DNA of 62,239 nt, filler included, from Sarea resinae (taxonomy: Eukaryota): NCBI GenBank assembly GCA_026026165.1. It is 3 parts of 3 records of this genome, joined end to end, with 100 filler letters (N's around TTAATTAATTAA, not from the genome) between each part and the next. Parts side by side here need not be neighbours in the genome. Positions count along the whole stretch, not along the records: positions 1 to 27,077 come from JAPEUD010000129.1; 2 more parts are not named here. The stretch is one strand, 5' to 3'. Positions within the stretch are counted from its first letter, which is position 1, and each line of letters starts with the position of its first letter. Positions 1 through 10,900 of this stretch are shown one piece after another. A model generated the notes under the pieces. It saw nothing but the letters and a program-made list of their open reading frames with translations. It had not been told where the DNA came from and did no database searches. The position numbers were made by a program, and so were the translations under genes.

Positions 1-298
1 AAAAAAAAAAAAAACAACAAACGAAACAAAAGGGGAGGAAAAAGGAAAAAGCGGCAACGATTGAGGACACCTCACTCATGCATCCCCTCCGGGGAGCCGA
101 GCCCTTGGCTGACTCCTGAGTGCTTTCTTTCTGTCTCTCTTTCTTTCGTTCTGTCTTTCGCTGAGCATCGAACCCCTGGACCTCTCGATCACTGGACCTC
201 CCAACCTCGACCTAGACCCCTCGACCTCGACCTCGACCTCGATGAAGAAAAGAAAAGAAAAGAAATAGAATCGAATCAAAGACGGGAGAGAATAAAAA

Positions 299-3200
299 TC
301 AAGACCTCGCCCGCTCAGCCCTCAGGGTCTCGCCCGCTACAAGGCTGAAGAGCCGTTTAGCGACCTGCTTTTCGGAGAAGGCCACGTCGATGTCGATTGA
401 TCCGTCAATGTTGGCGTCGCAGTCGTCTTTTGGTTCTGGTTGCCTGGTCTGCGAGGAAGATGGTCCGGCTCGGCGCTGGCGCTCGGCCAGGGCATCGCGG
501 CGCAGGGTTGCCAAGAATGCGGCCACGACTCGGACGTGCTGTTCCGTGAGGGTGACGGTGTATTCTTTCCTCTGGGGGAGCTGCTGCTGCTGCTGCTGTA
601 CTCCTTGGCCTTGGTGCTGAGCTTGGCCTTGGGCTTGACCTGAGTTGGACGAAGAAGAAGAAGCGGTCGTGTACGAGGAATACCGCTTCCCGACCAGCGC
701 CCTTAGTTTCGGATCGGTAATGGGTATGCACTCCTCGTCCTGCTTTTCACCCTCGCGGTGGTTGAGAGGGTGGCTAGCCGCGCTTCCACGTCTTTGTTCC
801 TGTCGCTGTCCCCATCCCGGCTCCTTGGACGCCTGGTAGAGGGAGTCTAGGAGTTTGTAGTGTGCATTGAGCCAGGGTCCAGAAGTCGGCAGTGCCTTTA
901 CCTCCTTGGCTTTGGACGCTTTCGACTGGTTTTCGTGTTGTTTTGTTTGTTTTCGCTCCGGTGCTGAGGCAGAGGCTGAGACTGAGGTCGAGGTCGAGGT
1001 TGAAGGCCTCGTTGTCGCCGCAGTGGCAAGTGTGGCCACGGACTCGGACCTAGACTCAGTAGTGGACGAAGCAGGAGAGGCTGAAGAAGGGACGGTTGTG
1101 GGAGAGGCCTGCCGTCTCTTTAGCCAAGACGCAGGACCTCCACCCGATGCGGCCGAGATGCGACCAAGAAGACGGGATTGTAGAGCGTCCTGGTGTCGTT
1201 GATGCTGGGGCAGCTTTTGCTGTTCTTGCCTTTGCTCGACGAGGGCCTCTTTTAATTGGCGTTGTCTCTGCGCCGCAACGGACGAGAAAGGGGGCGCGGG
1301 TGTTGAGCACAAGGAAGGCGCAAAAGATATTTCTGAGGAGCTCTCGTCGTGAATGGCGCTCGAGTGGTGCCCTAGAGTATTCTTCTCGGCAGAGGAGGCA
1401 GCTTCTACCGCTTCAATCTGCCTCGCCGGCGAGACGAAGTTCACGTCATAGAGTTTGCTGGGTTCCTGAACAGTCTCCTGTGCACTGAATTCACTCATTT
1501 TCCCTTCTCTTCTCGGCCCCGATCCGACTTTACTGTCATCAGGTACCACTCGCTCCTCGTTGCTACCCTTCAACCCTAGCAGAGCTGATAGATCAATCTC
1601 ATTCTTTCGCTCCTGGCGACGTTGTCTCATTTCTCTTTGCTCTCTGATCCGTCGAGTACTCTGCCAGAAAAGGCCTGACTCATCCACGTCCACCGAATCC
1701 TCGTCCTCAGTCGGGTTGGTACCAAGCTGCGCACGTTCATCGTTGCGTTCATCCTTGGCATCAGTTTGATCTCGTCCGTCCTCTTCATCTTCCTGAGGTT
1801 CATCGCTGTAGATAATCTGATTCTTGTTTCTCCACGGACTCGGGATCTTAGAACGGCGTGGCTTGATGATTTCAGTGTCGGTACCCCAAAGATCATGCGT
1901 CTGCGGCAAAGCAGAAGCTGTAATCTCAGAAGATTCCCTAGCCTCTGCCTGCCAAATATCGTGCTCGTCTTCCAACTCTGGATCTGCGGGCTTCCCCTCG
2001 ATGGTACTGCCAACATCACTTTCTTCTTCTGAGCTGCTACTGTCAATGACGATAACCTGGCTTGTATTAGCGGCCGCAATCCGTTGGCTAACAGCCTCTC
2101 TTTCGCGCTGCCATTTTGCTTCTAATTGCGATGTCGTGCTGCAGGCCGTAATGTTGCCTGCTTCTCCGGCCTCTTCTTCAATATTTTGATCATCTTGAGG
2201 TTTAGATAGCTGCGCAGGGCTCCCCCGCTGCCAGACCATCTCATCCTCATCATCGACCTCACCTGGTGCTTCTTTCTCACTCTGCAACTGGGGATACTCG
2301 ATAACATCTGGCAAAGGTGCTGAAGGAAGCTTTTGCTCGTCTGGAGTTGGTAGTCGTGGGTAGCCTGTATACTCTCTCTCCTCCGTGAGACCTCCAGTCT
2401 TTCCTCGATTATTCGACTCGCGTCTAGCAGCGGCTTCACGTTGCCTCCTCGCCAGCTCTTCCCCCAGCCTTAAGCCAGCCCTCAATTCTCTCCTGGTGCT
2501 CTGCCCAAATCCACTGAAAAGGTCATCAAGTCTCTCTTTCTGTTCCTTTTTGGGAGAGTGTGATTCTTTGATCGGGCTTCCAAGCGGACTCTGTAAGCCA
2601 GTCTTCGTATCCAAGACACCCTGAAGAGCAATACCGGCACGAACAACGCCCGAAAGTTTCGGTGTTGACATTTCTTTTGGAGCCGGTGCAGCTTTGCTTG
2701 ATGTCTGTCGAAGAGGTGGCGGGAGCGAAGGCGATGAAAGCTCCATCGATGGGGTCCTCTGAGGGAATAGTAAAGATGGATGCTCGGCAACTGGTGGAGA
2801 AGAGCCCATATGGCTTAGCATAGAAGCCTCGGTCTGGCGGACTGACTCATTCGAAGGATGCTTCTCAGAATCGTGCTGCTCAAGAGCCAAAGATTGGAAG
2901 ATATCCGAGACAGGTCTTTCGGCGCGTTTGGCCTTTGATGGTATCAGTTTCCCCGCCAGTGGTTGGCTCGAACTTTTCGCTGATTCTTCAGAAAAACCAG
3001 GAGCTCCATTGTCGGGTGATGGTGGTCGACTTTGTATGGATGATTCTCGAACGCTTGGACTGCTAGAGAATTCCCTTGCTGATGGGATTGACGAGATCGA
3101 CACCATGCTAAAGCCTTCACTTTCCAGAACAGAGTCAAACTCCCTCAAATCACCCAATGCATCATTCTCCTCTTCGGCTTCATTAGATGATTCGTGAATG

Positions 3201-4021
3201 CGACCCTCATTGTTCATTGATTCCTCGTCATTGCGTACCATGGCGCGCCACATTGTCTCATCCGCAACCTCTGCTGGAGAATGATTGGATTCCGGTAAGA
3301 CCTTGTCCGTTTCCGCATTGTTTGACGTAGAGTAAGTATGCTCATCTCTTCCGTCTTCTATCGCAGTGTTTGGGCGATCCAACCTGTCCAAATCCGAGGG
3401 CGCATTACTCTTCCTCGGTCTTCCTCTTCTTTTGACCGGCGAAGGAGTCTTTCCGGGAGTGTCCTTCTCCAATTGTACATCCACAGGATCAACCACAGAC
3501 TTTCTCCTCCCCCTTGACTTCGGTGCTGGAGTTCCCGTTCTCTTCGCTGGAGACGCTGACTTTCGCGGTCTTCCTCTTCGCTTTGGAGCTACCGGGGATG
3601 AGTCTAATCCTTTGAGAGGAACCGTCGTAGTCGTTGTCCGCATTTTAGGGCCCTTGGATGGGGATGTTGCATTGGCGACTCGAAGCCGGTTGATCTGTAG
3701 GGCTGGTCCTTCATTCTCTTGCTCTCGCTCAGCCTCGACCGTCACCCGAATGCGCCAAGGGCTGAGAACATTTTCGGTCTGAGCCGAAGATTTGGTAGGA
3801 GACGGTTTGAATGGGTCGAGATTGGCAGGTGGGGTATTCAGCACGAAGTCCTGGAGACGAATAGACTGATTACTGCCTGTTACGACTTCTTTCAGCGGAG
3901 ATTTTCTGATCGGAGACCTAGAGGTGGTCTTTTGAGGCGAACGAAAAGAAGGAACTTCAGATGAGTCCCCAAGAGGGTCAGGAGATGAAGGCGGGGACTC
4001 AGCGTTGGAAGACATCGCCAT
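299..4021 (-). CDS. Large low-complexity AT-hook DNA-binding protein (fungal hypothetical)
   Basis: Single long ORF; first ATG at 4021. Two AT-hook cores (KRRGRPRKS) plus SRGRRKS; mostly S/P/E-rich disordered sequence with a poly-Q/S C-terminus. Confidence 0.75.
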   Translation of the reverse strand: MAMSSNAESPPSSPDPLGDSSEVPSFRSPQKTTSRSPIRKSPLKEVVTGSNQSIRLQDFVLNTPPANLDPFKPSPTKSSAQTENVLSPWRIRVTVEAEREQENEGPALQINRLRVANATSPSKGPKMRTTTTTVPLKGLDSSPVAPKRRGRPRKSASPAKRTGTPAPKSRGRRKSVVDPVDVQLEKDTPGKTPSPVKRRGRPRKSNAPSDLDRLDRPNTAIEDGRDEHTYSTSNNAETDKVLPESNHSPAEVADETMWRAMVRNDEESMNNEGRIHESSNEAEEENDALGDLREFDSVLESEGFSMVSISSIPSAREFSSSPSVRESSIQSRPPSPDNGAPGFSEESAKSSSQPLAGKLIPSKAKRAERPVSDIFQSLALEQHDSEKHPSNESVRQTEASMLSHMGSSPPVAEHPSLLFPQRTPSMELSSPSLPPPLRQTSSKAAPAPKEMSTPKLSGVVRAGIALQGVLDTKTGLQSPLGSPIKESHSPKKEQKERLDDLFSGFGQSTRRELRAGLRLGEELARRQREAAARRESNNRGKTGGLTEEREYTGYPRLPTPDEQKLPSAPLPDVIEYPQLQSEKEAPGEVDDEDEMVWQRGSPAQLSKPQDDQNIEEEAGEAGNITACSTTSQLEAKWQREREAVSQRIAAANTSQVIVIDSSSSEEESDVGSTIEGKPADPELEDEHDIWQAEARESSEITASALPQTHDLWGTDTEIIKPRRSKIPSPWRNKNQIIYSDEPQEDEEDGRDQTDAKDERNDERAQLGTNPTEDEDSVDVDESGLFWQSTRRIREQREMRQRRQERKNEIDLSALLGLKGSNEERVVPDDSKVGSGPRREGKMSEFSAQETVQEPSKLYDVNFVSPARQIEAVEAASSAEKNTLGHHSSAIHDESSSEISFAPSLCSTPAPPFSSVAAQRQRQLKEALVEQRQEQQKLPQHQRHQDALQSRLLGRISAASGGGPASWLKRRQASPTTVPSSASPASSTTESRSESVATLATAATTRPSTSTSTSVSASASAPERKQTKQHENQSKASKAKEVKALPTSGPWLNAHYKLLDSLYQASKEPGWGQRQEQRRGSAASHPLNHREGEKQDEECIPITDPKLRALVGKRYSSYTTASSSSSNSGQAQGQAQHQGQGVQQQQQQLPQRKEYTVTLTEQHVRVVAAFLATLRRDALAERQRRAGPSSSQTRQPEPKDDCDANIDGSIDIDVAFSEKQVAKRLFSLVAGETLRAERARS

Positions 4022-4775
4022 TGCAATAGAAGCCCAACTAATGAGTGTGCTAGTCCCCAAGAGTCGCAACAACGGGCAGCTTCAAAGCCTAATCCTGCTA
4101 CCAGTGATGGAAATGGAATGAGTGAAAGAATTCAAGTTCAAGGCGGATCTGCAAGATAACCGAGACGTTTTGCACCGATCGTATTGAGGGCCAGCAAGAC
4201 GTTTGGAGGATGGTGTCTGTCCAGCAGTCGTGCAGGCTGCCTCTCTGTTTGTTGACATTCGGTGATGCTTCGCTTGAGCTGAGGCAGCGCTTAGCCTGAT
4301 TGACGAGAAAGCCTTAGCGCAAGTCGCCGTCCGGATTATCTCTCCGCCGCCGCTAATTCCAGTCAGGAAACCCTCCCGCTCGAGCGAGTCGCCACCCCCA
4401 TCAAAACATCAGCATCGATTTTGATCAGACTTGACTTATTTTTTCAGGCCTTTCTACAGCATTTCATTATAGGTAGTTGGCGTACAGTAGCATGTCCGCT
4501 ATACCTGCTGGAAATAGCACTTCAAGCATATCACTTCAAGCATCGAGAGAAAGGAGCTGTTGCTTATGCCTAGAGATTGCCATACTAGGACTTCATTGTA
4601 AGATTTTGTTCTGTCATGCTCTGTAAATCACGCGCTATGCTCAAGGAAAGGTGCATGGACTGGAAACGACCGCCATATATGAAAATGCCCGAGGAGTTGT
4701 AATCTTGTAATCCCGTAAACTCCATGGCCCTTCCAATCATCCTAGTCGTCAACCTGAATTATTCTTGTATCACAT

Positions 4776-5696
4776 TCAACCAAAAACCAGAGCCCTGACC
4801 TCGATACTCTCACGACCAGGTGCTTTGTCCGAGGTGCGAGGATCGACAAATGCGGTATGGGGAACTCTACCCCAGCTTCCGAGAGCTTCATCGCTATCGT
4901 AGCACTTCAGGAGAAGCCTCTCGTCATTGGTCATCCCAGACCAGTAGTGCCACTGTTGGTTCGGGTTGTATTTCACTCCTGCCGTCTCGCCATCCCTATC
5001 AGGGTATATGTGCCGAACTCCGACCAGATCCTCATCGTTGACGGTCGAGCTATCAGCAAATCCAAGAGGGAAAGAGGCGACAGGTCCGTTCAAAGGGCGC
5101 CAGATATTGATGAGGCGATACCGTCCACGAAGTAAACTTTCAGCCTCCTCTGGAAGATGATGGTGGACTCGTGCTTCTGCCGAGGCAGGGGTCTGGTCAA
5201 TGTGTGTACGAGTGACCGGAGTACGGTGAGCGTTCGGACCTGAGCGTCGAATAGTGTGGTCGAATATGAAGACCCTATTGGCGCCCGGGACATGCTCTAG
5301 AAGAAGCTTCTCTACTTCTGGATAGTAGACCTGCTTGACGCGATTATCGTCCTCGAAGTCCTTTTCGTCGGACGGGACATGAGAGATGGCCTCGAAAGCA
5401 TTGTGATCAAGATTGTAATCGTTCTCTCGACCTCGAATATCGTCCAGACGGACTGGCTGCTCGTTGTCTCCAAAGTTCCGTTGCGGTTCGCCCTTGGGAA
5501 GTTCCTCGACATAATTATACGGAGACGACCCATCTGCGGGTGGCGCGTAGAATAAAAGTTGCGTCGTTACGGGACCACGTGGAATAGGATAGTCAACATT
5601 CTTCTTCGTGGCATCGAGCGTGGATGCAGAGTTCTTGAGAGAGATATTGCTAATCTCATGAATGGGGGTGGCTTGAAGAGGGGCTGCGGTAGTCAT
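4776..5696 (-). CDS. CmcJ/AsaB/NvfI-like putative Fe(II)/2-oxoglutarate oxygenase (often annotated methyltransferase-like)
   Basis: Motifs YYPEVE, FDHTIRR, HID (HxD), INIWRPL, LKCYDS, VPHTAF and C-terminal RESIEVRALVF; first ATG at 5696. Confidence 0.8.
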   Translation of the reverse strand: MTTAAPLQATPIHEISNISLKNSASTLDATKKNVDYPIPRGPVTTQLLFYAPPADGSSPYNYVEELPKGEPQRNFGDNEQPVRLDDIRGRENDYNLDHNAFEAISHVPSDEKDFEDDNRVKQVYYPEVEKLLLEHVPGANRVFIFDHTIRRSGPNAHRTPVTRTHIDQTPASAEARVHHHLPEEAESLLRGRYRLINIWRPLNGPVASFPLGFADSSTVNDEDLVGVRHIYPDRDGETAGVKYNPNQQWHYWSGMTNDERLLLKCYDSDEALGSWGRVPHTAFVDPRTSDKAPGRESIEVRALVFG

Positions 5697-7996
5697 CTTG
5701 GTGATGTTAATGTATGAGAGAGCTGATCGCACGCCGGTGGCACCGAATGCTCTCTGAGCTTTGTATAGGTTGGTTGGTAATGATATCAGCGAAGATCTGA
5801 TTAGATTCGTCGTGATTGATGTCGGTGTCGATGATAGTGGTGATGATGATTCTATGCGCGGGCTCAGCACTGGAAGAATCACTCAAAATGTGGCAATGGT
5901 GGAAGATTGACAAAATGGATCATTGCCAGGGAACGATGCAGCTCATATATACTACGTAGGATCAGAGTCAATTCGACTTCCTTCTCGAAGATCAGCATTG
6001 ATGAGAAAGCATTCATTAGTAATGCATGGATACATCCATTCAGACATGGCCTGAGGTGGTGAAGACTCGGGGTCAAGCAGTGATCTTTGGCTGGCGTCAT
6101 ACCGCGACCTCCAACCGTGTTGCGGAGTACGGCCGGGAGACGGCAGATGCTGTCAGATTGGCGTCGGATGGCGACATTTGCCAGCCACCTTATTTGCCGA
6201 GGGTAGTGGTGGTGCTGACTCAGACATCCAAAGCATGAGGTGTTCAGTAAACGAAGCTTGACTCTTCCGTTGAGTCTTCCTCCAAGCCCAGCGCTGCAGG
6301 GCAGCAGTGCCTTCACCGTGAGGCTTAGGGACATCAATGTGTATTTGATCATGTCTGATTAGTTGGTTGATAATTCCACACGATCAACCCCTCTTAGACA
6401 ACCGGCCTCAAGAGCTGACTGCCGTCTTCTGAGGAGGGATGCGAGGGAGCGGCAATGGAGCAGCTTGAGAACAGGCATGATGACTCTGTCCCATAGTTGC
6501 AAGTTCGTGTTGATAACAGGACCATCAAAGACTTGTTGTTCATATCGTAGCCAATGGAAATCAGCTGCTACATAGTACAGAGATTCCTGTAAGCTTTGCA
6601 TTGACCGTTGATTGCTGCTGCGACGATTGACTCGACGGGTTCGTCTTCGTGTCTGGCCTGATTTCCCCAACGTGTTCGTCCGTAGAACACATGGATTGCA
6701 TATATCATATGTCGCAGGAGAGAAGGATCATGGGGAGGTGTGCCAATGGAGGATGGATGGCTGGAGTGTTGACATCGGATGTGTCTGTCTTTGTCTGAGT
6801 GCGGGCGAGCGATATGGTCTCGATCTGAGAGGTACTGCAGAGTACTCGTGTACTGGTACGAAGTGATGAGTACTCGCCCCCAGATAGCAGGAGTGTCTTC
6901 TACGATGTACTGTGGTACGGGTACAGGGTACTGATAGTAGATTTCCGAATTCCCGAAAACTGCGGAGGCTCGGCCGCATGGTGAGTCTCCCCCCAGCTGT
7001 TTGACTCACGATTGACGGCGGATCCAAGGCCTTGCCCCCACTAGAGGATCGGATATCTCATCCATTGTCATCCATGGATCAGTAGCAAGTAGCACGAAGA
7101 TACCGTGAGCGCGCATGTACTGTGAGTACCGTCAGTACGCGTGCTGTACCATGAGTACTTCGTCGTACCGTGCTCACAGACTGGCTCCGTAACTCTCCTA
7201 TCGCTCCAGTCTCCGCTCTCATTAAGCGCTCCTTGCATGCCACTACTGCCACTACTGCCACTAATGCCACTACTCTCTGAAAAACATCTGGAAGAGTCGA
7301 TTTAGACGTGGATCATGACGGTGGTGGGCCTGGCGGTAGCCTGTGTGTGCCCTGTGCTTCTCCGCCTGCAGATGGATGATTACATATCATCCCATCGATA
7401 CTATCCAAAGTATCAGATCCATCCTCACCTCTAGCACTCTACCGCGTACGGCGTCCAGAGATCTTTCTCCCCTCTGGGACTACCGCGTAGATGTCTTCCC
7501 GCCTACGGGGCTCATGTTGGTCGATCCTGATCGCTAGATCACTAGAGCCCTCCTCGTTCGCCCGTCGTTCGCCCATCGTTCGTCGTCAGAATGCAATGCG
7601 ATCGGGTGTGACGTAGTGCCTGACAAACTTTCTTTGACAAATCCAACATTACCAATGGATGCATGGATGGCTGGCGAAACCTATCGCCGATATACCCGTC
7701 TTCTCACTGCTGTGTTGACCTGCCGTCGTCCAATTCGGAATGCTAATTTATTTGAGCTTTGACAAAACTGCTCTCCGCCCTGTCTCCCGAGAAGGCTGCC
7801 TCTGCCACGTCCTTCACCTCTCTTTCACCTCTCCTTCACCCCTCTCTCATCTCTCTTTCACCTCTCTTTCACCGGCCCATCTGCGTCAACATTCGTTCGG
7901 GGCAGCTTTGTGCGCCCTCAATTCACTTGCCCAATCCTCACTTCGTCCACTAGAGATCTATCATTCGACAAGACGCGGACGACGTAGTACAGCATC

Positions 7997-10900
7997 ATGT
8001 GGGGGGGTCTATCCGACGACATGTATGCCGCCCAGGCCGGACAAGAGGGTGCCGGTGTCCCTCTGCACCCCGAAGACCAGAACGGAGAGAGACCACATGA
8101 GCCGGAAGAGCGCTATGAAGGGGGCCCATACGAGGAACAAGGGACCGCCCTCGGTGCCGAGTCCACGGCCGTAGCAAGTCCCTATGAAAGTGAGAGCGTC
8201 GATGGGACGTGGGGAGAGAGAGATGCCGGTCATCCAGTCCGGCATCGAATGGCAATGGACGACTACGAGAGTCTGAGGCGAGAATTGACCAGATTGTCCA
8301 TGGAACGGACCCGCTCACAGTCGAGAGCGGACAGAGGTTCTCTTTTCCGATCTGTCACTGGTAAGAGCGCTCATCGAACCCAAAGCCGTCGTACCCGCTC
8401 GTCGAGGGCAGAAGACGAAGATTTGGAGGCCGACGAGGTTGATGGCATTGAGGAGAAAGAGCAAGAATTCCAACTGTCCCAGTTCATGCGCGAGGGCCAT
8501 TTTGAGAAGAGAACCGAGGCCGGCGAATCGACGAAGAAAGTCGGGGTGATCTTCAAGAATCTGACGGTCAAGGGTGTTGGGTCGACGACTTCATTCGTGA
8601 GAACGTTGCCGGACGCCATTCTCGGTACCTTTGGGCCCGATCTATACAAGATCATATGCAAACTTGTTCCATCCTTGCGCTTCGGAAGCCATGGTCGGAC
8701 GCGGGATCTCATTCATGATTTCACTGGCGTCGTTCGCGACGGAGAGATGATGCTAGTTCTGGGGAGGCCGGGCTCAGGCTGTTCGACGTTTCTCAAGGCC
8801 ATCGCAAATGACGTCGACTCTTTCGCCGGCGTGACGGGCGATGTCTCATACGGAGGCATTTCAGCTGATCAACAGAGGAGAAAGTTTGTACGTATCAGTG
8901 CCCTTTGCTCTCAACCTTGATCGGAGTGGCACTGGAGAACTAACAACCTCACAGCGTGGTGAAGTCAACTACAATCCAGGTGAGATGAAATGACCATTAC
9001 TTTTGAGGACTGTGGCTGATATCCATGACAGAGGACGATCAGCACTTTCCCAGGCTGAATGTCTGGCAGACGCTGAAGTTTGCTTTACTCAACAAGACAA
9101 AAAAGAAGTCAACTGGAGACGTTCCGATCATTGTTGATGCACTGCTGAAGATCTTTGGCATTAGCCATACCAAATACACTCTTGTCGGTAATGAGTACGT
9201 GCGCGGAGTGTCTGGCGGTGAGAGGAAACGAGTATCTATTGCTGAGACTTTGGCCACCAAATCGACCGTGGTATGCTGGGACAATTCAACCAGAGGTCTG
9301 GATGCCAGCACGGCACTGGACTACGCCAATTCCTTGCGTATCATGACTGATATCAGCAATCGCACCACCCTCGTCACACTGTATCAAGCAGGAGAGGGCA
9401 TCTACGAAGTGATGGACAAGGTCCTCGTCATTGATGCGGGTAGGATGATCTTCCAGGGGCCGGCTGAGGATGCGAAGCAGTATTTTATTGATCTTGGCTT
9501 CCGTTGCCCTGATAGACAGTAAGCAACATCCTGGAGACGCTTTGCAGAACAATCACTGACCGCCGACAACAGAACGACAGCCGACTTTCTGACCTCGATC
9601 ACTGATCCAAACGAACGCCAATTTCGCGAGGGCTTTGAGGACAAGGCTCCTAAGACTCCCGAGGAGTTGGAGAAAGTATTCAAGCAAAGCCAAAACTACC
9701 AAAAGGTCCTTGAAGACGTCAAGACGTATGAGAGGCAGGTGCAGGAAAGCGATCTGGCCGATGCCAAACAGTTCACCGATGCTGTGCGAGAAGGTAAAAG
9801 CAAGACGGTCCGGAACAGCTCCAGCTACACCGTTAGCTACTTTCGCCAAGTGATTGCCTGTACCCAGCGTGAGTTCTGGCTTATCTGGGGTGACAAGACG
9901 ACTTTATACACGAAAGCATTTATCGTCATCGCGAACGGTCTAATCGTTGGTTCTCTGTTCTACGGCCAGCCACTTAGCACGGAAGGAGCGTTTACTCGTG
10001 GAGGCACTCTGTTCTTCTCGATTCTCTTCCTTGGTTGGCTCCAATTGACGGAATTGAACAAGGCTGTTTCCGGACGAGCGATCATTGCACGTCACAAGGA
10101 GTATGCCTTCTACCGTCCATCTGCTGTCAGCATCGCCAGAGTGGTCACGGATTTTCCCGTGATTCTCGCTCAAGTCATCCCTTTCTCGATTATCATGTAC
10201 TTTATGACGAACCTTGACGTGGACGTTTCCAAGTTCTGGATCTATATGCTCTTCATCTACATAACGACAATGTGTATTACAGCTCTTTACCGGATGTTTG
10301 CAGGTGAGTATGAAGGTTCATAATTCTCGAACAATGCTAATCGAATTCCTAGCACTCTCACCAACCATCGATGACGCCGTTCGGTTTTCCGGTATCGCTC
10401 TTAATCTTCTGATCATCTACACGGGGTATGCTATTCCAAAACCACAGCTTCTGGACAAGTATATCTGGTTCGGCTGGATGTTCTACATCAATCCCATCGC
10501 GTACGCTTTCGAGGCCACTTTGACAAATGAGTTCCATGATCGTGTCATGGACTGCTCGAAAATGGAGCTTTTACCCCAAGGACCAGGCGCGAGTCCGCAG
10601 TATCAAGCCTGCTCCCTGAACACTCTTTCCTCACCTCTGGGCAGTACCCAAGTCGGTGGTGAATACTACTTTCACCGGGAATTCAACTACTCTAGAGAAC
10701 ATCTGTGGCGCAACTTTGGAGTCGTCATTGCTTGGACCGTTCTTTACGTCCTTGTGACCGCTATTACTTCAGAGCTTTTTTCATTCGCCAAAAGCGGGGG
10801 TGGAGCACTCATTTTCAAGAAGAGCAAAAAGGCGAAGCAAGTCATGGAAAGCCCTCCATCGGACGAAGAGAAGGGTGGTGATGCCGGGGGCAGTAATGGA

